DNA from: Octopus vulgaris
Lineage: Eukaryota
Length of the DNA stretch: 64,000 bases
Direction of reading: 5' to 3'
Assembly: GCA_951406725.2 (NCBI GenBank)
Contig: OX597820.1
Location: forward strand, 52,824,001-52,888,000
Below the pieces are notes generated by a model. It did no database searches. It saw only the letters and a program-made list of their open reading frames with translations, and had not been told where the DNA came from. Made by a program: the position numbers and the translations under genes. Positions 40,490 to 53,711 of this stretch are shown here, piece after piece (the first letter of the stretch is position 1; every line of letters begins with the position of its first letter).

Positions 40490-41295
40490 TTATATATCTG
40501 TGTATGTTATATATAGATACATGTTATATTTGTGTGCTGTGTGTATATGTGATATATGTGGGTGCGTTGTGTGTGGGTGTGTGTGTTCTGTGTGTGTGTG
40601 TGTTGTTTGTATGTGGTGTGTGTTTGTATACTATGTGTGTGTGTGTGTGTGTTGTTGTGTGTGTGTGTGTTTGTGTGTATATATATGTGTGTGACAAACA
40701 GATGCTGTCTGACCAGCAGGTACGGACACATCTATTCACACCCGCATACTAACCTCCTGATAACCCCAAAATCATTCATGCATAAAGGGGAAGTATACAC
40801 CACATTGGCTACTTCTTCTGTTCTCTCAGTTCAGCCTTTCTGCTAATACTGACAGGTCAGTAAAAACATACTTAAAATATTCTGAGATGTACAAAAAAGC
40901 CATTTTAATTTTTGCTGTCAAAACGCTGTATATATATACCAAAGATTGTATATATATACATGTAATGTGACAATTTGCGACAACCAATAATTAACGCAAC
41001 CAATTCCCAATAATATATTTGTTTTATCCTTTTCTGCCAAATTTTCCCAAATAATGTGACAATTATGTATAAAAAAACATTTTTGAATTCATAATATCCA
41101 ATGTGACAATTATGTAAAAAACATTTTTGAATTCATAATATCCAATGTGACAATTATGTAAAAAACTTTTTTTGAACCCATAATATCCAATGTGACAATT
41201 ATGTAAAAAACTTTTTTGAATGCATAATATTCAATGTGACAATTATGTAAAAAACTTTTTTTGAACCCATATTATTCAATGTTTCCTTAAATGTA

Positions 41296-41336
41296 ACTTT
41301 TGACAATCTTTTACCAAAGAGTGAAACCGGTTAAGT
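41296..41336 (+). ncRNA. Hammerhead-like motif (U3-A8 core) near the PLE 3' end
   Basis: actt TTGACAA tcttt tacc aaaga gt GAAA ccgg TT aagt. Confidence 0.6.
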
Positions 41337-41413
41337 AAATAAACATCGTTTAAATTGCATTTTCAAACCTTTTTTCTTATATAATCCCACTCGTGCGATA
41401 CCCCACAACTCAA

Positions 41414-41482
<69 letters not shown>

Positions 41483-42437
41483 TTTGTATATATATATATA
41501 TCATATGTATATATACACACACACACATATATATATTGCCTTCGAAACACGCAATGAGTCGAAACAGGGGCAGCTGAAGAAGGGGAATGTTCTTTGTATT
41601 GTTTATCTTGTACTCTGTTTTTTCGTTGTTAAAAAAGTCCGTTTCGTTATTTTGTTTTTATGTTTTCGTTTCTCGTTGTGTTCTACGTTTATTTGTGGTG
41701 TTCTGTACCCATATATGCATGTATATATATACATATAGATGTAGGTGTGTACATATATGTATGTATGTATGCATATATTTTATTTATTAAATTGTTATTA
41801 TTTATATATATATATCAAGCGCACACGCACACATACAGGGTGAAATTCCATAATGCAAAATCAACACTAAGTGTAATTTTGCTTTCATATTATTTTAAAT
41901 TTTGAATTTTGTTTTAATTATATTTTCAGTCTTCATTGCATCATTTTGTATAAGCAGCAAAATATCATATAAAAATTTAGACGAAAATTATTGTATGCAT
42001 TCCATATTTACTTACATTACCCCTGGCGTCAAAAACATATTTCCAAACGACGAATAACACTCTACTTAATATGAATATTTTGCTCGAACTTTCAGCGAAT
42101 ACATTACAAGACTAATTATGAGGTATCCTGTCGCGTATGTCTAATGTTTGGTTATCTGATATATATGCATATGTGTGACTGCGTACGCGTGGATACACTT
42201 CAGTGTGGGCGTATGTAGCTATTCATGTGTGTGAATGTCTGTCTGGAACGTAAAAATGTTCGCAACGCAAGAGCTTGGAGTTCAGTCCTGCAGCAAATTG
42301 CTCGAATAAGTGTATCTTAGTATAGCTCGGAGCTGACCAGTGTCTTGTGAATTAACTTGGTCGACAGAAGCGGTGCAGATGCCCATCGCATATGTGTGTG
42401 CTGTCGTCTTTCTGCCCGAATGAAAGAATATCTATGC

Positions 42438-42548
<111 letters not shown>

Positions 42549-42603
42549 TGTATGTATGTATCTATCCATCTACATATGTATGCATGCATGCATGTATATT
42601 TGA

Positions 42604-42651
<48 letters not shown>

Positions 42652-43116
42652 TGAATGAGGTACTTAAATTGAGACACCTTGCTAGATCGGTATAATCCGC
42701 ACTCCCATACAATGTTAATTAATTATTGAATATCAATAATGTGTGCCGGGGTGTTTGTACCTGTTATTCCCAGCTAAGTGAAAATATCTGCTCTTGGTAA
42801 TTCGGACATGTATCTTTATAAAGGTACTTTTATAGTATTTCCGAAGTGCAGATTCCAGCTTAGGTGAAAAGAATATAAATGAGTAACAAAGACGTGCTGG
42901 TGTCAATTCATTTCATCTCCTTTCTTTTTATCCTGGCCCTCTCTATTTCCTCAACTACTCTCTAAATTATAGTAGGCTTGACGTGGTATGCATTATTTTC
43001 TATACCCATTCTGCCACAGATATGACAAAAGAAACAATGTAAATATTTTAAGTTCCATTGTTGATGTAAATATGTTTCAAAAATGGTTATATCCTTTATG
43101 TTTAAAGTCTATGCGG

Positions 43117-43200
43117 TCATCTGACGAAAACGGTTTCTTTCAAATTGATGTAATGTTTTCAATTATCAATTAAAGAAGCCACTTGAAACGGCCGTAAAGA
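43117..43200 (+). ncRNA. Type I hammerhead-like motif with intact core
   Basis: CTGACGA aa..ggtttcttt.aattgat...atcaatt.aaagaagcc..tt GAAA cggccg TA aaga. One mismatch in stem I. Confidence 0.7.
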
Positions 43201-43230
43201 ATTGACACCTCTACATATTTGTTACTCATT

Positions 43231-43308
<78 letters not shown>

Positions 43309-43705
43309 AGCATACATACATAATGAAGAAAAAGGGAACTGAAATACACTGATGAATAATTAATGGCACTCTGTAGAGATCAAAAACGACCGATTAAATT
43401 GTCCAGAAAATGCCATAGAAATCCACGCAGGTTGTAAATTCCTCTTTCTTCACCATTCCATTTCATTAATTCGAAGCTAAAACGCCGTATAACTGCAGTA
43501 TATATCCACACAGTATAATAGAAAAACACAAAAGAATGGAGTTTTATTTGTGATTTAATAAGATAAGTAAGTTTCAAATAGAATGGCATAACTCAATTAT
43601 GCATATTTAATTGATCGCATACTTTACACGATTAAATATGCATGATTGATATATTTCATCAATTTGTATGTAATCATACCTATTTGTATCTTTTCTCTGT
43701 TTTTC

Positions 43706-43761
<56 letters not shown>

Positions 43762-44154
43762 CACATACACATATACACACACAGACATATATATGCATAT
43801 ATATATATATACATGCATACACACACGAACGCACACAAACACACACTCACACACAAACACGCATAGATATATCCATGACCGCAATCATGACTGGAACAAG
43901 TAAAATAATAAAAGAATATATATTGTGTATACTTTTCCTGATGAACAGTCAGAAATTGCAAGCACGAAACTGTCAGTGCTTGAGTCGCTTTTATTTTAGT
44001 TTTCATCCAATGTATATATTCAGATGTGAGTGTGCTTCTGTTTTCATGGCTACACATTCACACACACACACACACATACACACACACACGCACACACACA
44101 CACTCACTCACACACACACGCGCACTGCGTTCTCGTCACCTTTTTCTTGTATTC

Positions 44155-44264
<110 letters not shown>

Positions 44265-44826
44265 ATATATATACATATACATATATATATATACACATGT
44301 ATATATATATATATATACATACATATATGTATATATATATATATGCACATATATGTATATACATGTATGCTTATATATATATAAATATGTATATAAGCAA
44401 GTATCTATGTATCCGTATGTGTGTGTGCGCGCGTGTATATTTGTTTGTGTGCTTGTGTATGTTTATATAAACAAGCACTGACTAGTTATATGTACATAAA
44501 CTTACATTCACTAACACACAGTTTCATAACTATGTTTAAAATATAGCAATTTACATTGAGTATCAATAGCTCTGTTGCTAGGATCCGTTTCAGAACGTTT
44601 CATATGTGCTCAGTGAAATGGAAATAGCACTTTTACAACCCGGCTCAAATTACTCACACACTGACCTTATAGAAGCCCTCTCAATCACCAACGCAGTTTT
44701 CGTCTAAAAAAATCTGAGCACTTCAATCTCACGATTACGTACAGACAGGTTAAGCACTCTCGTCTATATAACAGATCCCTTGAGATCATATGTATGTTTG
44801 ACGTTATCACGCACGTACTCACACGA

Positions 44827-44897
<71 letters not shown>

Positions 44898-45457
44898 CAA
44901 CACACACATACACGCATATATATTAACACACACAGATATTTATGCATTTTTATTTACTTTCATTTATATATCTATGTACGTCACATATTTGTCTGTGCGC
45001 CCGCGAGTATATATTTACCACCCCGCATATATATATGTATGTATATATATATGTATATATATGTATGCATGTATGTATGTATCTAAGTATACATATGTAT
45101 AAATTTATTTATTTATATAAATATATGTATAAATACATATATATTTATATATATATATATGTATATATATGTGTATACATAAATATATGTGTGTGTGTAC
45201 GTGTGTGTATACATGCATGCACATACATGGATACATAGTTGCATAGATACATACATACCTGAGCAACCGTTAATCAACTCACGTATTTTCCCATCCGTTC
45301 TTCTTTCTGTCCTCTCTTCTTATTCCCTTCTGTAGACGAGCGTAGGCCTGAACGTCGATGGCTTTTCCCTTTTTCCTAAGCGTCAAACATCTACATTATA
45401 TTTGTTGCTCCCTCTGTCTGTTGTGTTTTTTTATTGAATTTTTTTTCTTGAATAATC

Positions 45458-45500
<43 letters not shown>

Positions 45501-45521
45501 GCATACAAAAATGATTTGAAA

Positions 45522-45651
45522 GGATCCCGACGGTTACCGTGTTTCCTTTTCAATCGGTTTTATATGTCGGCTAACCACAGCGAACCGTTGGTGATTCCAG
45601 GATGTATATCTAACAGGCTGCAGTAGAAGAAGTTGAAACGCGCGTAGGTCC
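45522..45651 (+). ncRNA. Degenerate hammerhead-like motif
   Basis: ggatc CCGACGG ...long insert... GAAA cgcgcg TA ggtcc. 5-bp stem I and palindromic stem III. Confidence 0.45.
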
Positions 45652-45728
45652 ACGAAAGAATACTGTAAATAAATGTCTAATTTAATTATAAATGTGGAAA
45701 ATCTCCGTTCTCCTGATCATCATTAATA

Positions 45729-45900
45729 TCTATTATATAAAATCCGTTCTGTGTGTGTGTGTGTGTCTTCTAGGAACTCAGGCATCCTCCATCCGATTGC
45801 GCTCAAATTTGATATTTAGATACCGACGGTAACAGGGCGTGTATAAGTCTTGAAAATATTACCAAAATCGATTCCAGGTGAGAATGCGATCGATAAAGTG
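45729..45900 (+). mobile_element. Helitron-like 5' end
   Basis: a|TCtattatataaaatcc..(TG)n..catccgattgcgctcaaatttg; no matching 3' hairpin-CTAG found. Confidence 0.55.
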
Positions 45901-46674
45901 GATAAAATCGTTTTTCTTTGGAATAGAAAAAAAGTCTATCTTTATTTCTTCTTTTGCTGGTGTCTCAATTTAGGTTAACTCAGTGTTTCTCAAAGGGGAG
46001 GCCTATGGGACGGTCGGACAAGTTGTTTTGAGAAAATTTGGTTTAAATGTTTAACGACTCAGCACCGTCCATTGGACGTAGGGGTGGGTGCGTTTTGCTC
46101 GTATATACATATAACAAACAAAGAAGCTAATTCTAAAATATCTGTAAGAGATGAACGACGTAGTTATACAAGCAAGTAATGTGTCACTACTGTGATATGG
46201 CTGTTCCGTAAGAACGGACGTTCCTGCGATTTTGTTTTTGACCCCAAGAAGACATTTACTCTATATTCGAGCAGGGGTGCGAACCGATACCACTTAACGA
46301 CGGGACCAGGAGACCAGCCTGGTTTCGGGCTATTCCCACTCTTCCTCTGTTCTGGACACCTCATCTGCTAGAAATGGCAGTGGCTCGCTTGTAACTTCAA
46401 GCGACTTTCAGTCGCTGATCTTGCAACAAAGAAAGAAGCTAATTCTAAAACACCTGTAAGAGATGAGTGCAGTAACTGTACTGGCAAGTAATGCTTTTCG
46501 CCACTTCAACGTGGCTGTTCCGTTCGAATGGATGTTACCACCATGTTATGGAGCCATTGCAGACCTCCGATATAGCAGATATATAATTGTTAAAGAGGCC
46601 TTAACGTTTGTTGTCCTTTTTAACAATTATTGATAAATACATACATACATATATATATACGTACATATATATAC

Positions 46675-46778
<104 letters not shown>

Positions 46779-49700
46779 TCGTGAGTTGTATCTGTCATTG
46801 TGTATACATAAAATGTACTGCATAATATATTCAGAAATAAATGGTTGTATATATCGATATATATACAAGCACAAACATATACATTCATAGAAACGCATAC
46901 TCTCCAACATCTCCCCCACACATACATATATACTTTTGTGTGTCTGTGCGTGCTTATTTTTGTTTGTTTGGGTGTGAGCATATGTATGCGTATACATATT
47001 TACATATACACATAAACATCTTAGTTACTTTCCTCTAGTATCATGTACTTAACACTGCATTTCCAAATAACTTTAATGTCACTCGCAAGAGTTTGTTGGT
47101 TGATATTTCTAGCATATCAGCCCACCAGGGTTGCCTCTTAATTAGTGCGTTACCATGCATAACGAAACATCAGTGGTTTTGTATGCTTGTTGATAAGTAG
47201 TAGGATGTGAGTATTGCTGTTGCAATCTTTTACATTATTAAGTTATAACAGCCTATAATTTCTCAGCTTACAGCGTTGTGACGGAATGCCTGTATCGTTT
47301 ATTTATTGTTATGCATCTCGCTTTGAGAGTCATTAAGCCCCCCACGTTCTTCTAAGCCACACTGTTTGTTGATTTAAGTGTCTGCAATATTTTTACAATG
47401 TCTTTATTTAGACGTTTGCGTCCGTCATATATACGAGATAATTTGTAAGTTACATTTACTCTTTTTACCCAGAGGTTTACATATAAATAATGTTAAATCT
47501 CCGGCAACCATATTTTGCATGAAAGTAACGTATTTAAAATATTGAGCTTGCAAATGTTAAATATAAAATTATGCGATGATGAATTGACAATGTTCAATAT
47601 ATGAGAATGCAAAATCGTTATTACGTTTGAGAAAATGCTTAACTGCATTTAATCCGGTCCTGTGTTCAAATTCTGCTGGAGTTGACTCCGCTGTATATCC
47701 TTTCTGGGTCGATTAAATAAGTAGCAGTGAAGTACTGGAGTTAATATAATCGAATTGCCCCCCACTCTCAAAACTGCTGGCATTGTGCCAAAATCAGATA
47801 GAAATGGTTTTGATTATCCTGGTAAACCCGGAGGAGAATTCCGTATGTGCTTAGTTTTTATTAGGCACCTCAACTGGACATGAACGTCACTGTAATTGTC
47901 GAGGAAATAAAGAGAATATCACGAAGGAATTTACAATTATTGTACGTTAACTATGTTAGAAAATTGATATGTCTTAGTGAATAAAATTTCCAGAGATTCT
48001 ATCATCTACATACACTGCGGATGACTAGAATGTAGCACTAGTAATAACTAACGGAAATTTTCATTAGTATTCTGTCCATTTTATTCTGTCTTCCAGATGT
48101 GATCCTGTCTCCTCTCCGATCAGCACTTCATTGAAGAGGAGAATGGTTCTTCGTCACAGATTGTGAAGTCCTTTTCACCGAATATGGATTCTTCCTCAAC
48201 GAAGAGGGATTCTTGTTCGAAGAATGTGTACCTGACGCATTTTTTATCCACTTTTCCAACACCTTTCATGCTTTCCTTTTTTCGTAAAAGCCTACGGATA
48301 CTGTTCTTCATCGTGTTATGTAAGGAGTGTTAGGTCTGTGTGAGCGACCATTCAGGTTGTTTTGTTTACTTCCTGCGCTTGTTGATCTTCTTGAGTATGA
48401 TTGTCATTGTTCAAACTGATTTTGGATCGAAGAGGACTGAGTCTCTTGTTTAACTCCTGCGATGAGGACGATGCGAAGCCGCTGTAATCTTCGGTCCTTT
48501 TAAGGCCTCACAACAGAAATACCTGTAGTAGCTACAATAGCATTCAGAAGCAAGCCGTTTTGCTCTAGCCAATCAGTTTTAAGTCCCTTGTCTCGGCACC
48601 CTCTACAGAGCACAATTTTAAGTGTTTCGTAATTTTTCTGCGTCTTGTAAACACTTATGGTCCATGCAACCCATGAGAATTCGCATGTGAGCAATGCGAA
48701 TACATATAAGCGAAAGTTACAACAGCATTGATTATACCTTAAAAATTACCATAAGCCAGAATTCAAATTCATCACAGATGACCTTGATAGTGACATTTAT
48801 GCTCCTTCTTCGAAAATTTTGTGGGAGTAATTTATGGTAAGATATGTTTGGTACAACTTGCTCTTGCGATTCGGGTGCCTCCTTTGTTTTGAAGATGACG
48901 TATATAGTTCCATACATCATCACTGATGTGTTTTATGACACTTTACACCGATTCCATTAATGTTACACCGATTCCACCAATGTGCCAGTCATTCCCTAAA
49001 ACTCCTGTTAAGGAATCTAAAGACTCTGTGACACGCGCAAGGCACTGAAAACGTTATCCACCTCCTTTTAAGCTTTAAGAGAGATTGCCTGTTTTGGGAG
49101 TGAATTGCAGACAGGTTCCAAACCATTCAACAAAATGTTTTGTAACTCGGGTTACGTTTGTAAACAATGGAACTTAGTTTTACCATATAATGTATATGTG
49201 CACTGTTGTTGATGTGACAAATATGGCTGTACTACATTGTTTATTTTTACAGAAATGTTATATTTTCCTTTTCAGTATTTTATTTTTATTTTTTATTATT
49301 TTTTTACATCTATGTGTGTGAATGTTTTCATTAATGAACCATCTACAATTATTTTTTTTTATTTTGTAGAGCAATTTCTTGTTCTGTTCAATGTAATTTT
49401 GTCTGAGGGCGAAATTCCACATAATGCCATAACTAATTTGAACATAATGCCGTAACAGATTTGAAGACCTGAGGCGAAATACTTTAAGAAATATTTTAAG
49501 AAATACTGACCTTGTTACACCAGTATGGAGCAGACTTTTAAAGTTGCAAATAAAAGTCCTTGTCTGAAATAATATGCAGAATAAAATTTAATTCATTCAG
49601 TTATTTTTGTAAAACCATGGAATTCTCAGTGTTATGATTTTGTAACGACTTACTATATAGTAATTTTTTAGCTTTTGATAAAATAAAATGTTGAAGATTT

Positions 49701-50692
49701 TCGATTACAAACATTAGATTAAATTGACTTTAGATTTTATTATTTTTTTTTTTTTGGTTTTCATGTGGACTAGCAAGTAGAAAACATGTGCTTAGAACTG
49801 GTATCGTATCTGTACGATACGAGAGATTTTATGTCTTACAAACTATAATTACGGTTAAACAGAAATATACACGATGATAAAAAAATATGTAGATATGAAT
49901 CTATTTAAGCGTGAATATTTGAACGTCATGAAAATACGTTTTGTAAATATCCGAGATCATCCATAAACCTGTGAGCAGTTACAAAATAAAATCGCCATTG
50001 AAAAGATGAACATAGATGAACATGCATTTTACAGTTGATTACAAATATGTTAACATACTAGCTTATATGTTTACTTATAATTTCACACACACTTAGAGAT
50101 AATCTGACAGTTATTTACACAATCTTGCACACATTTGCACATTACTTCATACCTGTTAACAACTCAACTAACATATGCTTATGCCTGGTTTCACATATGT
50201 TTGTATATAATGTCAATCGTATTTGCACAAGAGATCACACTTGAGATCACAAATTTTTAGGAAAGCCCCTCACCATGAGCATAAATCATCTTACATACGA
50301 ATTCATGTTATGCTTATGTACCACATCAAAAAATTTACACAAGATATCTCGCATGAGTATGCATGAGAGCAAATATGTTTATAGATTATCTTACGCGTGC
50401 ACAGTAATACTATTTAACAACTTTATATTATTCACCACATAAATAATGTACAGATAATATATTTAATGCTTTACTGATTAAAGCCTATAAAATGTATGCA
50501 TTTATAAAATAATTTCAGTTCATAAATTACATAAGCATCCACAGTGCTTGATTCCTTATATGGTTCAAGTGTGACTGATTAGCAAGAAGTTTACTTCACA
50601 ATTATATGGTTCCAGGCACGATTCCGCTACAGGTACCTTGGGCAAGCGTCTTCTGCTATGTGTATGTATATATATATATGAGGGGGAAGGAA

Positions 50693-51070
50693 TAACGGAA
50701 AACACTCAATCTCATCAACTCCTCTTCAGTTATCGGCCAGGGAGACAAACGCAATTTCGGCCATTAGCGATAATATTACTTCCACTCTGGAGGCACCGGC
50801 AAGAAACTTGCTGGGAATGAGACCAAAACATAACCAAACGAGACGATCTCGAGATGAGAGCGTTAATTGATGGACGAGGGATAAGACAATAAATAGAATA
50901 TGGGCTTGGATCCCAAACGAAGACAACAATTAAAATGATAATAATACATGAATACATCTACAGCAAAAAAAAATGGCTTAAGGCTGCAAGACAAGACAAA
51001 AAGGGTAACGTGAAACAGAAATGAAAAACTGTCCTAACGAACAATGTATGTGTGAGTATATGAATGTATA

Positions 51071-51134
<64 letters not shown>

Positions 51135-51329
51135 TGTGTACACTCACTTTCACAGTGTTTGTTGGGTATTTGATTAATGAGAGAGACAGAAGACGGAAGA
51201 TACGAAAATGTTTATTGAACACTTGAATTGTTTCAATTCAACTAATACCGATGCTAAAGGAGTCCAAAGAATTGCAGTGATCAATGAACATTCTCGTATC
51301 TTCCATCTTCCATCTCTCTTAGCAATCAA

Positions 51330-51391
<62 letters not shown>

Positions 51392-51529
51392 ACTTTAGCT
51401 CTTATTTCCAAAGAGGTTGATGCTTTTTGCATCCTTATGCTCCGTGCTTATTTTGAATTATATATATGCATGTACGTATGTATTTTAAGGATTAAATAAA
51501 AAGACAACAAACGGAAAATATGATGTACT

Positions 51530-51567
<38 letters not shown>

Positions 51568-51975
51568 ATTTTTAAAAAACGTGTAGTAAATAAATATACA
51601 GGCATATACTAAATACACAGACGAACGGAAAACACACAAGATCACCAACTCCTTTTCAGTTATCGGCCGAAGGATGGATTGCAATTTCGGCCATAATCGA
51701 TAATATAGCTTCCACTCTGGGGGCACCGGCAAGAAACTTGACGAGAATGGGACCAAAACGCAACAAAGCGAGACGAGCTCGAGACGAGCTCGAGACGAGA
51801 CCGTTAATATACGAACGAGGGATAAGACTATTAACAGAATAAGGGCTTCGTTCCCACAGGAAGACAACAATTAAAATGATAAAAATACATGTACAGCAAA
51901 AAATGCCGCAGGGCTGCAAGACAAGATAAAAAAGGGTAATGCGAAGGAGGAATGAAAAACTATCCTAACGGACAA
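50693..51975. repeat. Two diverged direct copies of a ~350-bp unclassified repeat (50693-51043, 51624-51975)
   Basis: Colinear blocks aacggaaaa..caactcct.ttcagttatcggcc..cttccactctgg.ggcaccggcaagaaacttg..gacgagggataagac..ggctgcaagacaaga..tcctaacg. Confidence 0.85.
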
Positions 51976-52115
51976 CAGAGACGGGGACTGAGTAGAGCAA
52001 GGAGCTCAGAAAATTGCGACCAGTTCGGTCAAAGGCAATGCGAAATAGAATGACACCGCCTTAGGCCCTCACGGATGACAAAATAGTGGAAGAGGGTAAC
52101 AGAAAGATAAACACT

Positions 52116-52146
<31 letters not shown>

Positions 52147-52193
52147 TGAAAGGAAATTAAGAGAAGGGTGGAACGTACATACATACACATATG

Positions 52194-52258
<65 letters not shown>

Positions 52259-52276
52259 TATTATATATATAGAAGG

Positions 52277-52327
52277 AGCTTCTACAGGACTAGTACTGTT
52301 TCATTCAAGAGAAATCTTCAGGAAGCT
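52277..52327 (-). ncRNA. Type I hammerhead ribozyme motif, left arm copy
   Basis: Exact reverse complement of 56661-56711. Confidence 0.8.
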
Positions 52328-52502
52328 ATTTAACAAGAATTGTATTAGCATTTATACATTTAGGCAGGTTTAAAGGAGTGGTGGTGGGGGACTTTTTTGG
52401 GGGTAGGCATAGCGCAAAATATCATACTTGGGGGAGTGGTCAAGGAGTCAGAGGTAAGTTAGATGAAAGAATAGATAAATAAAAAAATAAAAAAATAAAA
52501 AA

Positions 52503-52543
<41 letters not shown>

Positions 52544-52772
52544 AAAATAAAAAATAAAAAAATAAAATAAAAAAATAAAAAAATAAAAAAATAAAATAAA
52601 AAAATAAAAAATAAAAAATAAAAAAATAAAAAAATAAAAAATATATATAAAAAATATATATATAAAAAATATATATATAAAAAAGGGGGGATAGAGTTAT
52701 AGGTAAATAAGGAGATTCTCACTTATACCTATACACATATGTATACGTATCTACACACATATATATACACAC

Positions 52773-52819
<47 letters not shown>

Positions 52820-53121
52820 TACACACACATATACATACATATCTACATACACACATACATACACCCGCCCACATATACAAATTTATACACATGCACATGC
52901 ATATACCTGTCTACACATACACACACGTATATATGCATACACTCACTCCCATGCATGCACGCATACACACATGTATATATATACCCACGACCACGCATAC
53001 ATATATACACAGAAAAATATATATTCACACGCACATACACTCATGCACACACAACACACCTAGTTCCCTATATACACATATTTACACCTATATATACATA
53101 CACCCACATACACATATGTAC

Positions 53122-53152
<31 letters not shown>

Positions 53153-53184
53153 CAACCAAACTACTAATCCAACCAAATTAATCC

Positions 53185-53442
53185 AACCAAACTACCCACG
53201 CCGCCCACATCTGGTACCTTAAAAGGAACTCAATCCCCTTCAAGACCAAGTGGAAACTACTACAGAAGGCGCGCTCGTACACAGGAGGACATACCTGCTG
53301 TGACCTATGCATATCAGAGAGCCTAGAGATCTTGTTCGCCAAAGGCCCTCTCCTTAACAAATTTTCAGAACACTCCCCAAATTGCATGCATAAAAAGTAT
53401 GCGAACTACAAGAACTATAGACCTACCCAGCAACCTGATTGA
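53185..53442 (+). pseudogene. Last 85 codons of a Hydra-like PLE ORF (no start; absent from the ORF track)
   Basis: NQTTHAAHIWYLKRNSIPFKTKWKLLQKARSYTGGHTCCDLCISESLEILFAKGPLLNKFSEHSPNCMHKKY...QPD*: the IW.LK / KW / CxLC..E / LLN..SE / C.H motif string. Confidence 0.85.
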
Positions 53443-53678
53443 TGACAACCCCCCCCTACAACCCCCCCCCCAACCCCACTGTTCCCCTAGCACCCCCGAT
53501 TACCTTTTCTCCTAAGACCTTTCACATATTGTATGTGCACGCTTGTATATGTGTATCGTATGTATGTATATATGTATAGAAATGCATGGGTACAGTAGGA
53601 ATATACGCATGTATTATGTGTGTGTGTGTGTGTGTATGTATGCATGTAAAAATATATATGTGTGTATATATATTTGCA

Positions 53679-53711
<33 letters not shown>

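Larger units (their letters stand above)
36472..41420 (+). mobile_element. Penelope-like element (Neptune-type), 5'-truncated, with inverted 5' copy of its 3' end
   Basis: RT + GIY-YIG ORF; 36472-37976 is the near-perfect reverse complement of 39835-41383; ~37-nt unpaired tail at 41384-41420; (TA)n on both flanks. Confidence 0.95.

Noticed and set aside
36472-41383. DNA transposon or DIRS element with long terminal inverted repeats
   Set aside because: The enclosed ORF is a PLE RT + GIY-YIG, truncated exactly at the arm junction; no transposase or tyrosine recombinase.
41538-41586. Possible type II hammerhead (GAAA...GTC...CTGAAGA)
   Set aside because: Stem I does not pair and stem III has a mismatch.
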